From contig CBFIGY010000014.1 of assembly GCA_965662235.1 (NCBI GenBank), positions 1 through 64,000 on the forward strand: DNA of 64,000 nt, in the 5' to 3' direction. Positions 40,268 to 49,118 of the stretch are shown piece after piece; position 1 is the stretch's first letter, and every line of letters starts with the position of its first letter. The translations under genes were made by a program, and so were the position numbers. Below the pieces are notes generated by a model that worked only from the letters and a program-made list of their open reading frames with translations, searched no databases and had not been told where the DNA came from. This DNA is from an uncultured bacterium. GTDB lineage: Bacteria; SAR324; NAC60-12.

Positions 40268-41977
40268 ATGCATTTGTCGCGAAGGGAGTTCATGGGACTT
40301 CTGAGCGCTGCAGCCGTCGCAGGGGTGACCCCCTGGAGGCTTCAGGCTCAGGAAAACCCTTATGATTTCAAGCCGTTTGGCAACGTCTCCCTCCTCCATT
40401 ACACCGACTGCCACGCTCAGCTCCTGCCCATCTACTTCCGGGAGCCCAACATCAATCTCGGCATTGCGGGCATGCGGGGCAATCCCCCTCACCTCGTCGG
40501 GGAACAGTTCCTCAAGCACTACGGCATTCCGAAGGGCTCGCTGGAGGCTCACGCCTTCACCTACCTCGACTTTGCAAAGGCTGCAGAACAGTTTGGAAAG
40601 GTCGGGGGCTTTGCTCACCTCAAGACCCTAGTGGATCAGGTCCGGGCCGACCGTCCGGGCGCCCTGTTGCTTGACGGGGGCGACACGTGGCAGGGTTCTG
40701 CCACCTCGCTGTGGACCAATGCCCAGGACATGGTGGATGCCCAAAAACGCTTGGGCGTCAACGTGATGACCGGGCACTGGGAGTTCACCTTTGGCGATGC
40801 CCGTGTGACCGAAATCATTGAAAACGACTTTGCGGAAGCCGGCATCGACTTTGTCGCCCAAAACGTCGTGGACACCGCCTTTGAAGACCCCGTCTTCACC
40901 CCATACGTCATCCGGGAGATCAACGGAACCGCGGTGGCCATTGTCGGTCAGGCCTTCCCCTACACCCCCATTGCCAACCCGCGCTACATGGTCCCCGAGT
41001 GGTCCTTTGGCATCCGGGACGACCGCATGCAGGAGATGGTGGACCAGGCCCGCGACGAAGGCGCCGAGGTCGTGGTTGTGCTTTCCCACAACGGCATGGA
41101 CGTGGACCTGAAGATGGCCAGCCGAGTCACCGGAGTGGACGCCATCATGGGCGGGCACACACACGACGCCGTTCCACGGGCCATTGAAGTGGAAAACGCC
41201 GGAGGCAAGACTCTGGTGATCAACTCCGGATCCAACAGCAAGTTCCTCTCGGTCCTCGACCTCGACGTCCGGGACGGTCAGATTCGGGGCTACCAGTATA
41301 AGCTGCTCCCGGTCTTCTCCGACCTGCTTCCTGCCGACGCCGGCATGCAGTCCTTCATTCAGGAGGTCCGGGCCCCTTACGTCGACAAGCTCAATGAGGA
41401 ACTCGCCGTCACAGAAGAACTGCTCTACCGGCGAGGGAACTTCAACGGGACCTTCGACCAGCTCATCTGTGATGCCTTGATGGAAGAACTGGATGCTCCC
41501 ATTTCCTTCTCCCCAGGGTTCCGGTGGGGCGTGAGCGTGCTTCCGGGGCAGCCCATCACCTTTGACAACCTCATGACCCAGACCTCCATGACGTATCCGA
41601 CGGTGACGCGGAACCTCATCTCAGGAGAGCAGCTCAAGGTCATTCTGGAAGACGTCGCCGACAACCTCTTCAATGAAGACCCCTACTACCAGCAAGGGGG
41701 AGACATGGTCCGCGTTGGAGGCCTGCAGTACTCCATTGACCCCGCAGCCCCCATGGGACAACGCATTGACGCCATGGAGCTCAACGGCAAGCCCATTGAC
41801 GCGTCCAAGGAGTACCCGGTGGGCGGATGGGCCAGTGTTGCACAGCCGCTGGAGGGAGAGCCCGTGTGGGACCTTGTTGCCCGGAACCTCAGGGCCAAGA
41901 AGGTCATCACCAACCTCTCCACCAACGTCCCGACCCTCAAGGGGGTCCGCAGCAACCCGGGCCTGGCCCCGCTTTGA
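40268..41977 (+). CDS. soxB: Thiosulfohydrolase SoxB
   Basis: Tat signal SRREFM; DCHAQL.P.YFREP, DGGDTWQG, HWEFT, SHNG, GGHTHD. Confidence 0.97.
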   Translation: MHLSRREFMGLLSAAAVAGVTPWRLQAQENPYDFKPFGNVSLLHYTDCHAQLLPIYFREPNINLGIAGMRGNPPHLVGEQFLKHYGIPKGSLEAHAFTYLDFAKAAEQFGKVGGFAHLKTLVDQVRADRPGALLLDGGDTWQGSATSLWTNAQDMVDAQKRLGVNVMTGHWEFTFGDARVTEIIENDFAEAGIDFVAQNVVDTAFEDPVFTPYVIREINGTAVAIVGQAFPYTPIANPRYMVPEWSFGIRDDRMQEMVDQARDEGAEVVVVLSHNGMDVDLKMASRVTGVDAIMGGHTHDAVPRAIEVENAGGKTLVINSGSNSKFLSVLDLDVRDGQIRGYQYKLLPVFSDLLPADAGMQSFIQEVRAPYVDKLNEELAVTEELLYRRGNFNGTFDQLICDALMEELDAPISFSPGFRWGVSVLPGQPITFDNLMTQTSMTYPTVTRNLISGEQLKVILEDVADNLFNEDPYYQQGGDMVRVGGLQYSIDPAAPMGQRIDAMELNGKPIDASKEYPVGGWASVAQPLEGEPVWDLVARNLRAKKVITNLSTNVPTLKGVRSNPGLAPL

Positions 41978-42035
41978 TTCGCCTTAATGCAACTGGCGGG
42001 AGTGGTTCCCGCCCCACTCAACCTTAGGAGAGCTC

Positions 42036-43442
42036 ATGAAGGAGATTCGTCCGGAAGAGGAACAGCAGATCAACCAGGAGTATGCCGACCTGCTCAATCG
42101 GCGTAAGTTCTTCAAACAGGCCCTTGCCACCGGAGGTGCTTTGGCCGCAGGGGCTTCCACGGTGATGGCCGAGGCCCAGACCCGCAACCTGCCACCCAAC
42201 GTCCCGGAATGGTCCCAACACCTGGGCCCCGGAGTCACTTCCCGCGGCTACGGCATTCCCTCGGAGTTTGAAGCACACGTGCACCGAGGCAACGTCAGCT
42301 GGCTGACCGCCTCTCCCAACTCCTCCATCAGCTTCACTCCGTTGCAGCACCTCCAGGGCATCATCACCCCGAACGGCCTGCACTTTGAGCGACACCACGG
42401 CGGCATGCCCACGATCAGTCCGGAGGAGCACCGGCTGGTGATCCACGGCGGCAACGATGCCGATGGCACCCCGCTGCTGAAGCGTCCGCTGTCCTTTACC
42501 ATGGACGACCTCAAGCGTTTCCCCAGCGAAAGCCACATCCGCTTCATTGAGTGCCCGGCCAACAGCGGCATGGAGTGGAAGGGGGTGCAGATGGACTCCG
42601 TGCAGTTCACCCACGGCATGATCAGCTGCTGCGAGTGGACCGGGGTTAAGGTTTCCACCCTCCTCGAAGAGGTCGGCATCAACCCGAACCTTGTCAAGCG
42701 AGCGCTCTATGCGCAGTCCAAGACCGCCCCAGAGCTGGCAGCAGAAGGCCTTGATGCCGCCAACGGCGCTTGGTGTCTCGCGGAAGGAGCCGATGCGGGG
42801 GCCATGGACCGCAGCATCCCGCTCTGGAAGCTGCTCGATGACGCCATGATCGTCTATGCCCAAAACGGCGAGGCGCTCCGTCCGGAACAGGGTTACCCCA
42901 TCCGCCTGCTGGTTCCTGGCTTTGAGGGGAACATGAACATCAAGTGGATCCGCCGCCTCAAGCTCGGCATCCACCCGTGGCGCACCCGTGAGGAGACCTC
43001 AAAGTACACCGACCTGCTCAGCGAAGGGCAGGCCCGGGAGTTCACTTGGGTGCAGGATACCAACTCCGTGATCACCTTCCCCTCGGTGGGACAGCACCTC
43101 GACCGTCCCGGACGCTATGAGCTGAGCGGACTCGCCTGGACCGGCCGGGGCTTCATCAAGCGTGTGGATGTCTCACTGGATGGCGGACGCAACTGGACCG
43201 AGGCCACGCTGCAGGAGCCGGTGCTCTCCAAGTGCCTCACCCGCTTCCGCATGCCGTTTGAGTGGAAACCCGGCATGGAGATGATGCTCCAGAGCCGCGC
43301 CATGGACAGCACCGGATTTGTGCAACCCACCCTCGCCCAGCTCCGAGACGCCCGTGGCGTGAACTCGATCTACCACAAAAACGCGATCTACACCTGGAAA
43401 CTCGACGGAAAAGGAGACCTGTACAATGTTCAGATGGGCTGA
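42036..43442 (+). CDS. soxC: Sulfane dehydrogenase molybdoprotein SoxC
   Basis: Tat signal NRRKFF; GIITPNGLHFERHH, FIECPAN, EQGYPIRL..PG.EG, REETSKYTD. Confidence 0.95.
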   Translation: MKEIRPEEEQQINQEYADLLNRRKFFKQALATGGALAAGASTVMAEAQTRNLPPNVPEWSQHLGPGVTSRGYGIPSEFEAHVHRGNVSWLTASPNSSISFTPLQHLQGIITPNGLHFERHHGGMPTISPEEHRLVIHGGNDADGTPLLKRPLSFTMDDLKRFPSESHIRFIECPANSGMEWKGVQMDSVQFTHGMISCCEWTGVKVSTLLEEVGINPNLVKRALYAQSKTAPELAAEGLDAANGAWCLAEGADAGAMDRSIPLWKLLDDAMIVYAQNGEALRPEQGYPIRLLVPGFEGNMNIKWIRRLKLGIHPWRTREETSKYTDLLSEGQAREFTWVQDTNSVITFPSVGQHLDRPGRYELSGLAWTGRGFIKRVDVSLDGGRNWTEATLQEPVLSKCLTRFRMPFEWKPGMEMMLQSRAMDSTGFVQPTLAQLRDARGVNSIYHKNAIYTWKLDGKGDLYNVQMG

Positions 43443-44040
43443 TTTCTTCAAAAAGTCCCTCCTCGCCGGGACCCTGTTGGGAATGGCGAGCACGGTCTCT
43501 GCCGGCGATGGACTGGTTTACGGAATTGGGAGCGCCATCTCCCCTCAGGAACTCGCAGGCTGGGACATCAGCATCAACGAGGTTGGAGAGGAGCTGCCTG
43601 CAGGGGTGACCACGCCAGAGGCAGGTGAGTCCCTGTACATCATGAAGTGCGCTCAGTGCCATGGGGAATTCGGAGAAGCCGTTGGGCGCTGGCCGGTGTT
43701 GGCCGCTCCTGGAGCTGAAGAGACCCTGAACACCCTGGAGCCCACCAAGACCGTGGGCAGCTACTGGCCCTATGCCACCACCCTGTTCAGCTACATCCGC
43801 CGGGCAATGCCGTTCTATGAGCCGCAGTCGCTCACGGTGGAAGAGACCTACGCCATCACCGCGTACGTCCTCTACCTGAACTACCTGCTGGAGTACGATG
43901 AGGAACTCGACCGCGACAAGCTCATCTCTCTGGAAATGCCGAACCGCGACAACTTCATTCCGGACAACCGCCCAGACACACAGAATGTGGCCTGCATGAG
44001 CAACTGTCCGGAGATGAAACCGCTGCCGGTGATTCGGTAA
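43426..44040 (+). CDS. soxD: SoxD cytochrome c (single heme)
   Basis: CAQCHG, KTVGSYWPYATTLF.YIRRAMP, MPNRD.F. Confidence 0.93.
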   Translation: MFRWADFFKKSLLAGTLLGMASTVSAGDGLVYGIGSAISPQELAGWDISINEVGEELPAGVTTPEAGESLYIMKCAQCHGEFGEAVGRWPVLAAPGAEETLNTLEPTKTVGSYWPYATTLFSYIRRAMPFYEPQSLTVEETYAITAYVLYLNYLLEYDEELDRDKLISLEMPNRDNFIPDNRPDTQNVACMSNCPEMKPLPVIR

Positions 44041-44076
44041 TTCACACTCAAACGCTGACTCTTACACGTGACAGTC

Positions 44077-44115
44077 GGGCCTTGTCCCGTCCTTTGGGGC
44101 CACCGGCCCTTTTTT
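44077..44115 (+). terminator. Putative terminator after soxD
   Basis: GGGCC...GGCCC stem followed by T6. Confidence 0.45.
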
Positions 44116-44140
44116 CTCAAAACCCGCCATTTGGGAGGTC

Positions 44141-44461
44141 ATGATGAAGCATTTTTTGAGGAAGCCTCTGCTGGGCGCCCTGCTAGTGGGCGCGGGCCTG
44201 AGTCTCGCCACAGCGGCACAAGCAAATGACAAACGCGGCATGGTGCTCGCGCTGTCGTGCGCTTCGTGCCACGGGACCAACGGCAACAGTCCGGGCTCCA
44301 TCCCTGCAATTGCTGGCAAGTCTGCTAGCTACATTGAGAGCGCCATGAAGCAGTTCCGCAGCGAAGAACGCTACGCGACCGTCATGAATCGAATTGCCAA
44401 AGGGTACACGGATGAGGAGATCAAGCTCCTCGCCGAGCACCTGGGCAACCAAAAGAATTAA
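44141..44461 (+). CDS. fccA: Monoheme cytochrome subunit of flavocytochrome c sulfide dehydrogenase
   Basis: [22 protein letters not shown]; immediately upstream of fccB. Confidence 0.8.
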   Translation: MMKHFLRKPLLGALLVGAGLSLATAAQANDKRGMVLALSCASCHGTNGNSPGSIPAIAGKSASYIESAMKQFRSEERYATVMNRIAKGYTDEEIKLLAEHLGNQKN

Positions 44462-44470
44462 GGAGGCACC

Positions 44471-45751
44471 ATGCAGGTAACCCGAAGACAGTTCAGCAAA
44501 CTCTTTCTGGCGGCCGGAGCCAGCACCCTAGCCGGTTGCAACGTGGGCTCACAGGCCCGTGTCAGTGCCTCCAGCGCCCGCGTGGTCGTGGTCGGAGGTG
44601 GTTTTGGAGGAGCCACCGCAGCCAAGTACCTCAAGATGATGGACAACTCCCTAGAGGTGACTCTGGTGGAGCCCAACAAGACCTTCTACACCTGCCCGTT
44701 CAGCAACCTGGTGCTGGGAGGCCTCAAGCAGATGGACGACATCGCTCACAGCTACACCAAGCTGGAAAGCCTCTATGGCGTCAAGGTTGTCCACGCCCGG
44801 GCCTCCAAAGTGGAAGCCGACGCGGTGGTGCTCGCCGATGGGTCCCGAATTCCATTCGACCGCGCCGTCGTCTCCCCCGGGGTCGATGTCCGGTACGACA
44901 AGATGCCCGGACACAGCCCTGACGTCGAAGAAAAGATGCCTCACGCCTGGAAGGCCGGTCCTCAGACGGTTCAGCTGCGCAAGCAACTTGAAGCCATGCC
45001 TGACGGAGGCACCGTGGTGATCTGTCCTCCCGCCAACCCGTTCCGCTGTCCTCCCGGACCCTATGAGCGGGCCAGCATGATGGCGCACTACCTCTCTCAG
45101 AACAAACCCAAGTCCAAGGTCCTCATCTTGGACATGAAGGAAAAGTTCTCCAAGCAGCCCCTCTTTACCGATGGCTGGAACCTTCACTACCGGGATCTCA
45201 TTGAGTGGCGCCAAGGCAGCGCCGGTGGTCAGGTTCTGCAGATTGATGCCAAGAACATGCAGGTTGAGACCGATTTTGGCTGGGAGAAGGGGGACGTGAT
45301 CAACTTCATCCCAGCTCAGTGGGCAGGAAAGATTGCTCGTGACTCCGGACTGACCAATGAAGCCGGCTGGTGCCCGGTCAATCAGATCACCTTTGAGTCA
45401 GAGGTGATGCCCAAGGTGCACGTCATCGGCGATGCCAGCATCGCGGGCGCCATGCCGAAGTCGGGCTTCTCGGCCAACAGCCAGGCCAAGGTCTGTGCCG
45501 CGGCCATCGTTTCGATGCTGCGGGGCGAAGACCCGGTGGCTCCTTCGTTTGCCAACACCTGCTACAGTTTGGTGACTCCCAACTACAGCATCTCCGTTGC
45601 GGCGGTGTACCGCTTCAACGACGGCAAGATTGCCGGTGTGCAGGGAGCCGGGGGCGTGAGTCCTAAAAACGCCGATGCTGCGGCACGGGCCCAGGAAGCG
45701 GTCTACGCTCAGGGGTGGTACGACAGCATCACTCAGGACATGTTTGCCTGA
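44471..45751 (+). CDS. fccB: Flavocytochrome c sulfide dehydrogenase flavoprotein (FccB/SoxF)
   Basis: Tat signal [31 protein letters not shown]. Confidence 0.93.
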   Translation: MQVTRRQFSKLFLAAGASTLAGCNVGSQARVSASSARVVVVGGGFGGATAAKYLKMMDNSLEVTLVEPNKTFYTCPFSNLVLGGLKQMDDIAHSYTKLESLYGVKVVHARASKVEADAVVLADGSRIPFDRAVVSPGVDVRYDKMPGHSPDVEEKMPHAWKAGPQTVQLRKQLEAMPDGGTVVICPPANPFRCPPGPYERASMMAHYLSQNKPKSKVLILDMKEKFSKQPLFTDGWNLHYRDLIEWRQGSAGGQVLQIDAKNMQVETDFGWEKGDVINFIPAQWAGKIARDSGLTNEAGWCPVNQITFESEVMPKVHVIGDASIAGAMPKSGFSANSQAKVCAAAIVSMLRGEDPVAPSFANTCYSLVTPNYSISVAAVYRFNDGKIAGVQGAGGVSPKNADAAARAQEAVYAQGWYDSITQDMFA

Positions 45752-45818
45752 GCAGATCCGGGGCCGGACCTTCTGGCCCCACTTGATTCCAATTGATTGA
45801 GACAACCAAGGAGAGACA

Positions 45819-46460
45819 ATGCAGACATTGAGGCATTGGGGAGTACTGCTGCTGACCAGCCTGGCGCTGACCACCACCGTCTGGGCCAAAGGTGACCCGG
45901 AACGTGGACAGTGGCACTATGCCACCTGTGGCGGCTGCCATGCATCCAATGGTAACGGCATGCCGAAGCTTCAGAGCCCTTCTCTCGCCGGACAGGAAGC
46001 CTGGTACCTCAAGCGCCAGATCCTCAACTTCAAGAAAGGCATCCGTGGCGCTCACCCGGATGATGAGCTGGGGCAGTGGATGCGTCCCATGGCCAACATG
46101 CTCATCGACGAACAGGTCGTGGATGACGTCGTCGCCTACCTGACGTCCCTTGAGGCCTACAATCCTCCCAAGACCATTGAAGGGGACCTGGACGTGGGCC
46201 AGCAGGCCTATGACGCCAGCTGTGCCTCCTGCCACGGATCCGAAGGCGAGGGCAACTTCAATCTGCAAGCCCCCCGCATTGCCGGGCAGCAGGACTGGTA
46301 CGTGGTTCGTCAGCTCAAGAACTTCTACACAGGCGTCCGCGGCGCTCACCCGGAAGACAAGTACGGGTCCATGATGCGCGGCATCTCCCTGACCCTTCCC
46401 GACGAGCAGGTGATCAACAGCATCGCCGCCTACGTTGCCACCTTTGAGCGCAAGCTCTGA
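45819..46460 (+). CDS. Diheme c4-type cytochrome
   Basis: Signal peptide; CGGCH and CASCH; internally duplicated P.LAGQ..WY..RQ...F..G.RG. Confidence 0.9.
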   Translation: MQTLRHWGVLLLTSLALTTTVWAKGDPERGQWHYATCGGCHASNGNGMPKLQSPSLAGQEAWYLKRQILNFKKGIRGAHPDDELGQWMRPMANMLIDEQVVDDVVAYLTSLEAYNPPKTIEGDLDVGQQAYDASCASCHGSEGEGNFNLQAPRIAGQQDWYVVRQLKNFYTGVRGAHPEDKYGSMMRGISLTLPDEQVINSIAAYVATFERKL

Positions 46461-46477
46461 CCCCGTCAGGAGGGTGA

Positions 46478-46951
46478 ATGGTTCGCGTTTTAATCCTCCT
46501 TGCTCTCCTCCTCCCGCCTGGGCTGGCCTGGGCGGAGTCCCTCCCGTCGGTTCAGGACCTGGCGGCAGATGCGGCCACAATGCGCCGTGAGAAAGCGGTG
46601 CTGCTGCTCGTCTTCACTGAAGAGTACTGCCCCTACTGCCACCGCCTGAAACAGGGCTACCTCCTTCCCATGGAACGCAACGGCGACCATGCCGACCGGC
46701 TCCTCATCCGGGAGGTGCCCCGAGACCACCCCACTCAGTCTCTGCAGGACTTTGACGGCTCTGCTCAAAACGTCCGGACCCTCACAGAGCGCTACAACAT
46801 CTCCTTGGTGCCAACCATGCTCTTCTTGGGTCCCAACGGCGAGGAACTCGTGGATCGGTTTGTCGGACTTGGGCCAGAAGACTTTTTCGGGTACTACCTC
46901 AATGAAGCCATCGACCGCGCTCACCAGCGTTTGATCGCCAACGAGGGCTAA
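46478..46951 (+). CDS. soxW: Periplasmic thioredoxin, SoxW-like
   Basis: Signal peptide, CPYC, cis-Pro VPT; end of the sox cluster. Confidence 0.7.
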   Translation: MVRVLILLALLLPPGLAWAESLPSVQDLAADAATMRREKAVLLLVFTEEYCPYCHRLKQGYLLPMERNGDHADRLLIREVPRDHPTQSLQDFDGSAQNVRTLTERYNISLVPTMLFLGPNGEELVDRFVGLGPEDFFGYYLNEAIDRAHQRLIANEG

Positions 46952-46988
46952 CGCCCGTCTGGCACCCACGGGTGCTCCACCGGCTTTT

Positions 46989-48188
46989 GTGTTTTCAGGA
47001 GGGTTCATCCTCGCACGCTTTCTCTTCCTCAACCTCTGCGTCAGCCTCTTCACCGGCCCCATCAACGCCCTGCTGCCGATCTATGTAGAGTCGGAGCTCC
47101 AGGCGCCGCCCTTGGTTTCAGCAGGCCTCAATTCGGTTTTCCTCATCCTCGGAGGCCTCTCTGCGGTTCCAGCAGGACGCCTCTGCGACCGCTGGGGGCT
47201 CAAGCCCATGTTTGTGCTGGGCACCTCCGGAAGCCTTTTGGGCGCCCTGCTCTTTCTCCAAACAGAGCCCCTCTTCCTGCTGCCCCTGAGCATCGGTTTT
47301 GGCCTAGGAACCGGCTTCCTTGTCACCTCCGGACACGCCTACCTGATGCACAGCGTCCCAGACGCACAGCTCAGCAGCCGTTCCGCCTACTACTTCCTCG
47401 GCATGACCCTGGGCACCTCGCTGGGAAACTTCTTGGCTGGACCCGTAGTGGAGCATTTCGGATTTGCCACACTGGGGGAGGGGTTGCTGATTGGACTGAT
47501 TGGACTGCTGATCGCCATCGGACGCCTGCTCCCGGAGCCCGAACGCGTTGAGTCTCCGTCGGAAACATCAGTGGATCCGGCTCCTGCTCTGCTGAAGCGC
47601 CGGTCGGTGCAGCTCATCCTGGCAGTCCGGTTTCTGCCCACCTGCTACTGGGGCACCGCGACCCTGCTGCTGCCGTTGCTGATCTTTCGGGCCACAGACT
47701 CCGTGGCCTGGTCAGCCAGCTACGTTTCCGTCAGCCTAGTGCTTGCTGCGTCCGGGCAGGTGCTCATTGGCAAGTGGGCGGACCGGGTGGGCCCCAAGCG
47801 TCCGACGCTGCTGTCGAGTGTGGGGGTGGCGGTTTGTTCCGGGGGGGCCGGTTTCTTCACAGATTCCCTGGCGGGGCTCTTTCTCTTCGGCACCGGAGGA
47901 GCTGTGTGCGCTTGGGGCGTCTCCACCATGCTCCCACGCCTGATGAACGCGGTCGCTGGACCTGCGGAAAAGGCCCAGGTGGTGGGCTGGTCTCACCTTG
48001 CCTGGAGCCTCGCCATGGTCACCGGGAACCTCTGGGGAGGATATGCCGTGGAGCAGCACACCGGGCTGCCGTTCTTCTTGGTGTTCTGGGGGTGCTTGGC
48101 AACGGTCTTTGCCTTTTCTTGGCTCTTCCGGGAACTGGACCGCACTCAGTCAAAGGCCAACGCCGAGACCGTTGCCCCCATCACCTGA
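46989..48188 (+). CDS. MFS transporter
   Basis: 12-TM pattern; motif A GRLCDRWG and GKWADRVG. Confidence 0.85.
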   Translation: MFSGGFILARFLFLNLCVSLFTGPINALLPIYVESELQAPPLVSAGLNSVFLILGGLSAVPAGRLCDRWGLKPMFVLGTSGSLLGALLFLQTEPLFLLPLSIGFGLGTGFLVTSGHAYLMHSVPDAQLSSRSAYYFLGMTLGTSLGNFLAGPVVEHFGFATLGEGLLIGLIGLLIAIGRLLPEPERVESPSETSVDPAPALLKRRSVQLILAVRFLPTCYWGTATLLLPLLIFRATDSVAWSASYVSVSLVLAASGQVLIGKWADRVGPKRPTLLSSVGVAVCSGGAGFFTDSLAGLFLFGTGGAVCAWGVSTMLPRLMNAVAGPAEKAQVVGWSHLAWSLAMVTGNLWGGYAVEQHTGLPFFLVFWGCLATVFAFSWLFRELDRTQSKANAETVAPIT

Positions 48189-48949
48189 TCCGTAAAGGGG
48201 CACCACGCCCGTCCGCCCGAGCTGGCTCCTGCAGCCACAAACAGCGGTGCTAGGTGTTCCTCCCGGGGGTGGCAGTTCCGGGCCTGAGGCGCCTGCTTCC
48301 AGTCCACCAGCTGCTGCTGACGCTCCGGTTCCGGAAGCGCCGCCCACTCCTGCAGCCAGGCGTCAAACTCATGTGATTCCGAAAGCACCGAGCCTGAAAA
48401 CATCCGGGGCAGGTTGTGGTAACTCATGCCAGATCCGACAATCAGCACCCCCTGTTCCTTGAGCGGACGCAGCGCCTGACCGACTTGATAATGAAACGCC
48501 GGGTCCAGATCCGCTCGAAGTGACAGGGCCACCGTGGGCACATCCGCCTCCGGAACCGCAACCTTGAAGGGAATGAACACCCCATGATCCCAGCCACGGT
48601 GCGGGTCGGGCTCTGCAGGAATCTGAGCCGCCTGCAGAAGCGTCAGCACCTGCTGCGCCAACTCCGGATCGCCGGGCGCCGGCCACTGCAGCTGATACGT
48701 GTGCTCCGGAAAGCCATAGTAGTCGTAAATCAGCTCCGGTTCCGGATGCGTGGTCACCTGCACCACCGGCGTTTCCCAGTGAGCTGAGATCACGAGCAAC
48801 CGGCGGGGACGCTCCGGGAAGGTCTCCAGCAGTCCCTCCAGCCACGTCTGCAGGCGCTTCCACGTGTCCGGAGGTCCCATGGTCCAGTCCATGAAAAAAC
48901 ACGGGCCACCGCCGTGTGGCAGGTAGAGGCTGGGTAAGTGAGTCGACAT
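48146..48949 (-). CDS. DODA/YgiD-type class III extradiol dioxygenase
   Basis: PHGGGP, ISAHWE, YDYYGFP, RGWDHG, GSGMSYHN, HPREEHL. Confidence 0.9.
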   Translation of the reverse strand: MSTHLPSLYLPHGGGPCFFMDWTMGPPDTWKRLQTWLEGLLETFPERPRRLLVISAHWETPVVQVTTHPEPELIYDYYGFPEHTYQLQWPAPGDPELAQQVLTLLQAAQIPAEPDPHRGWDHGVFIPFKVAVPEADVPTVALSLRADLDPAFHYQVGQALRPLKEQGVLIVGSGMSYHNLPRMFSGSVLSESHEFDAWLQEWAALPEPERQQQLVDWKQAPQARNCHPREEHLAPLFVAAGASSGGRAWCPFTDQVMGATVSALAFD

Positions 48950-49118
48950 GAGAGGCTCCTGAAAAAAGACGGGGAAACGCAGGCCTTTAGCTTGCGGAAA
49001 AGCCCCCCAAAGCTCAAGCGCCCCTTTCTCGAACCAACCCGCTTCCGGAGTTCCGCTTGAAACTGGAAGAGACACCGCTCAAGATTTTGATTTTACGATC
49101 TGTTTAGAGAGCCCTCTC

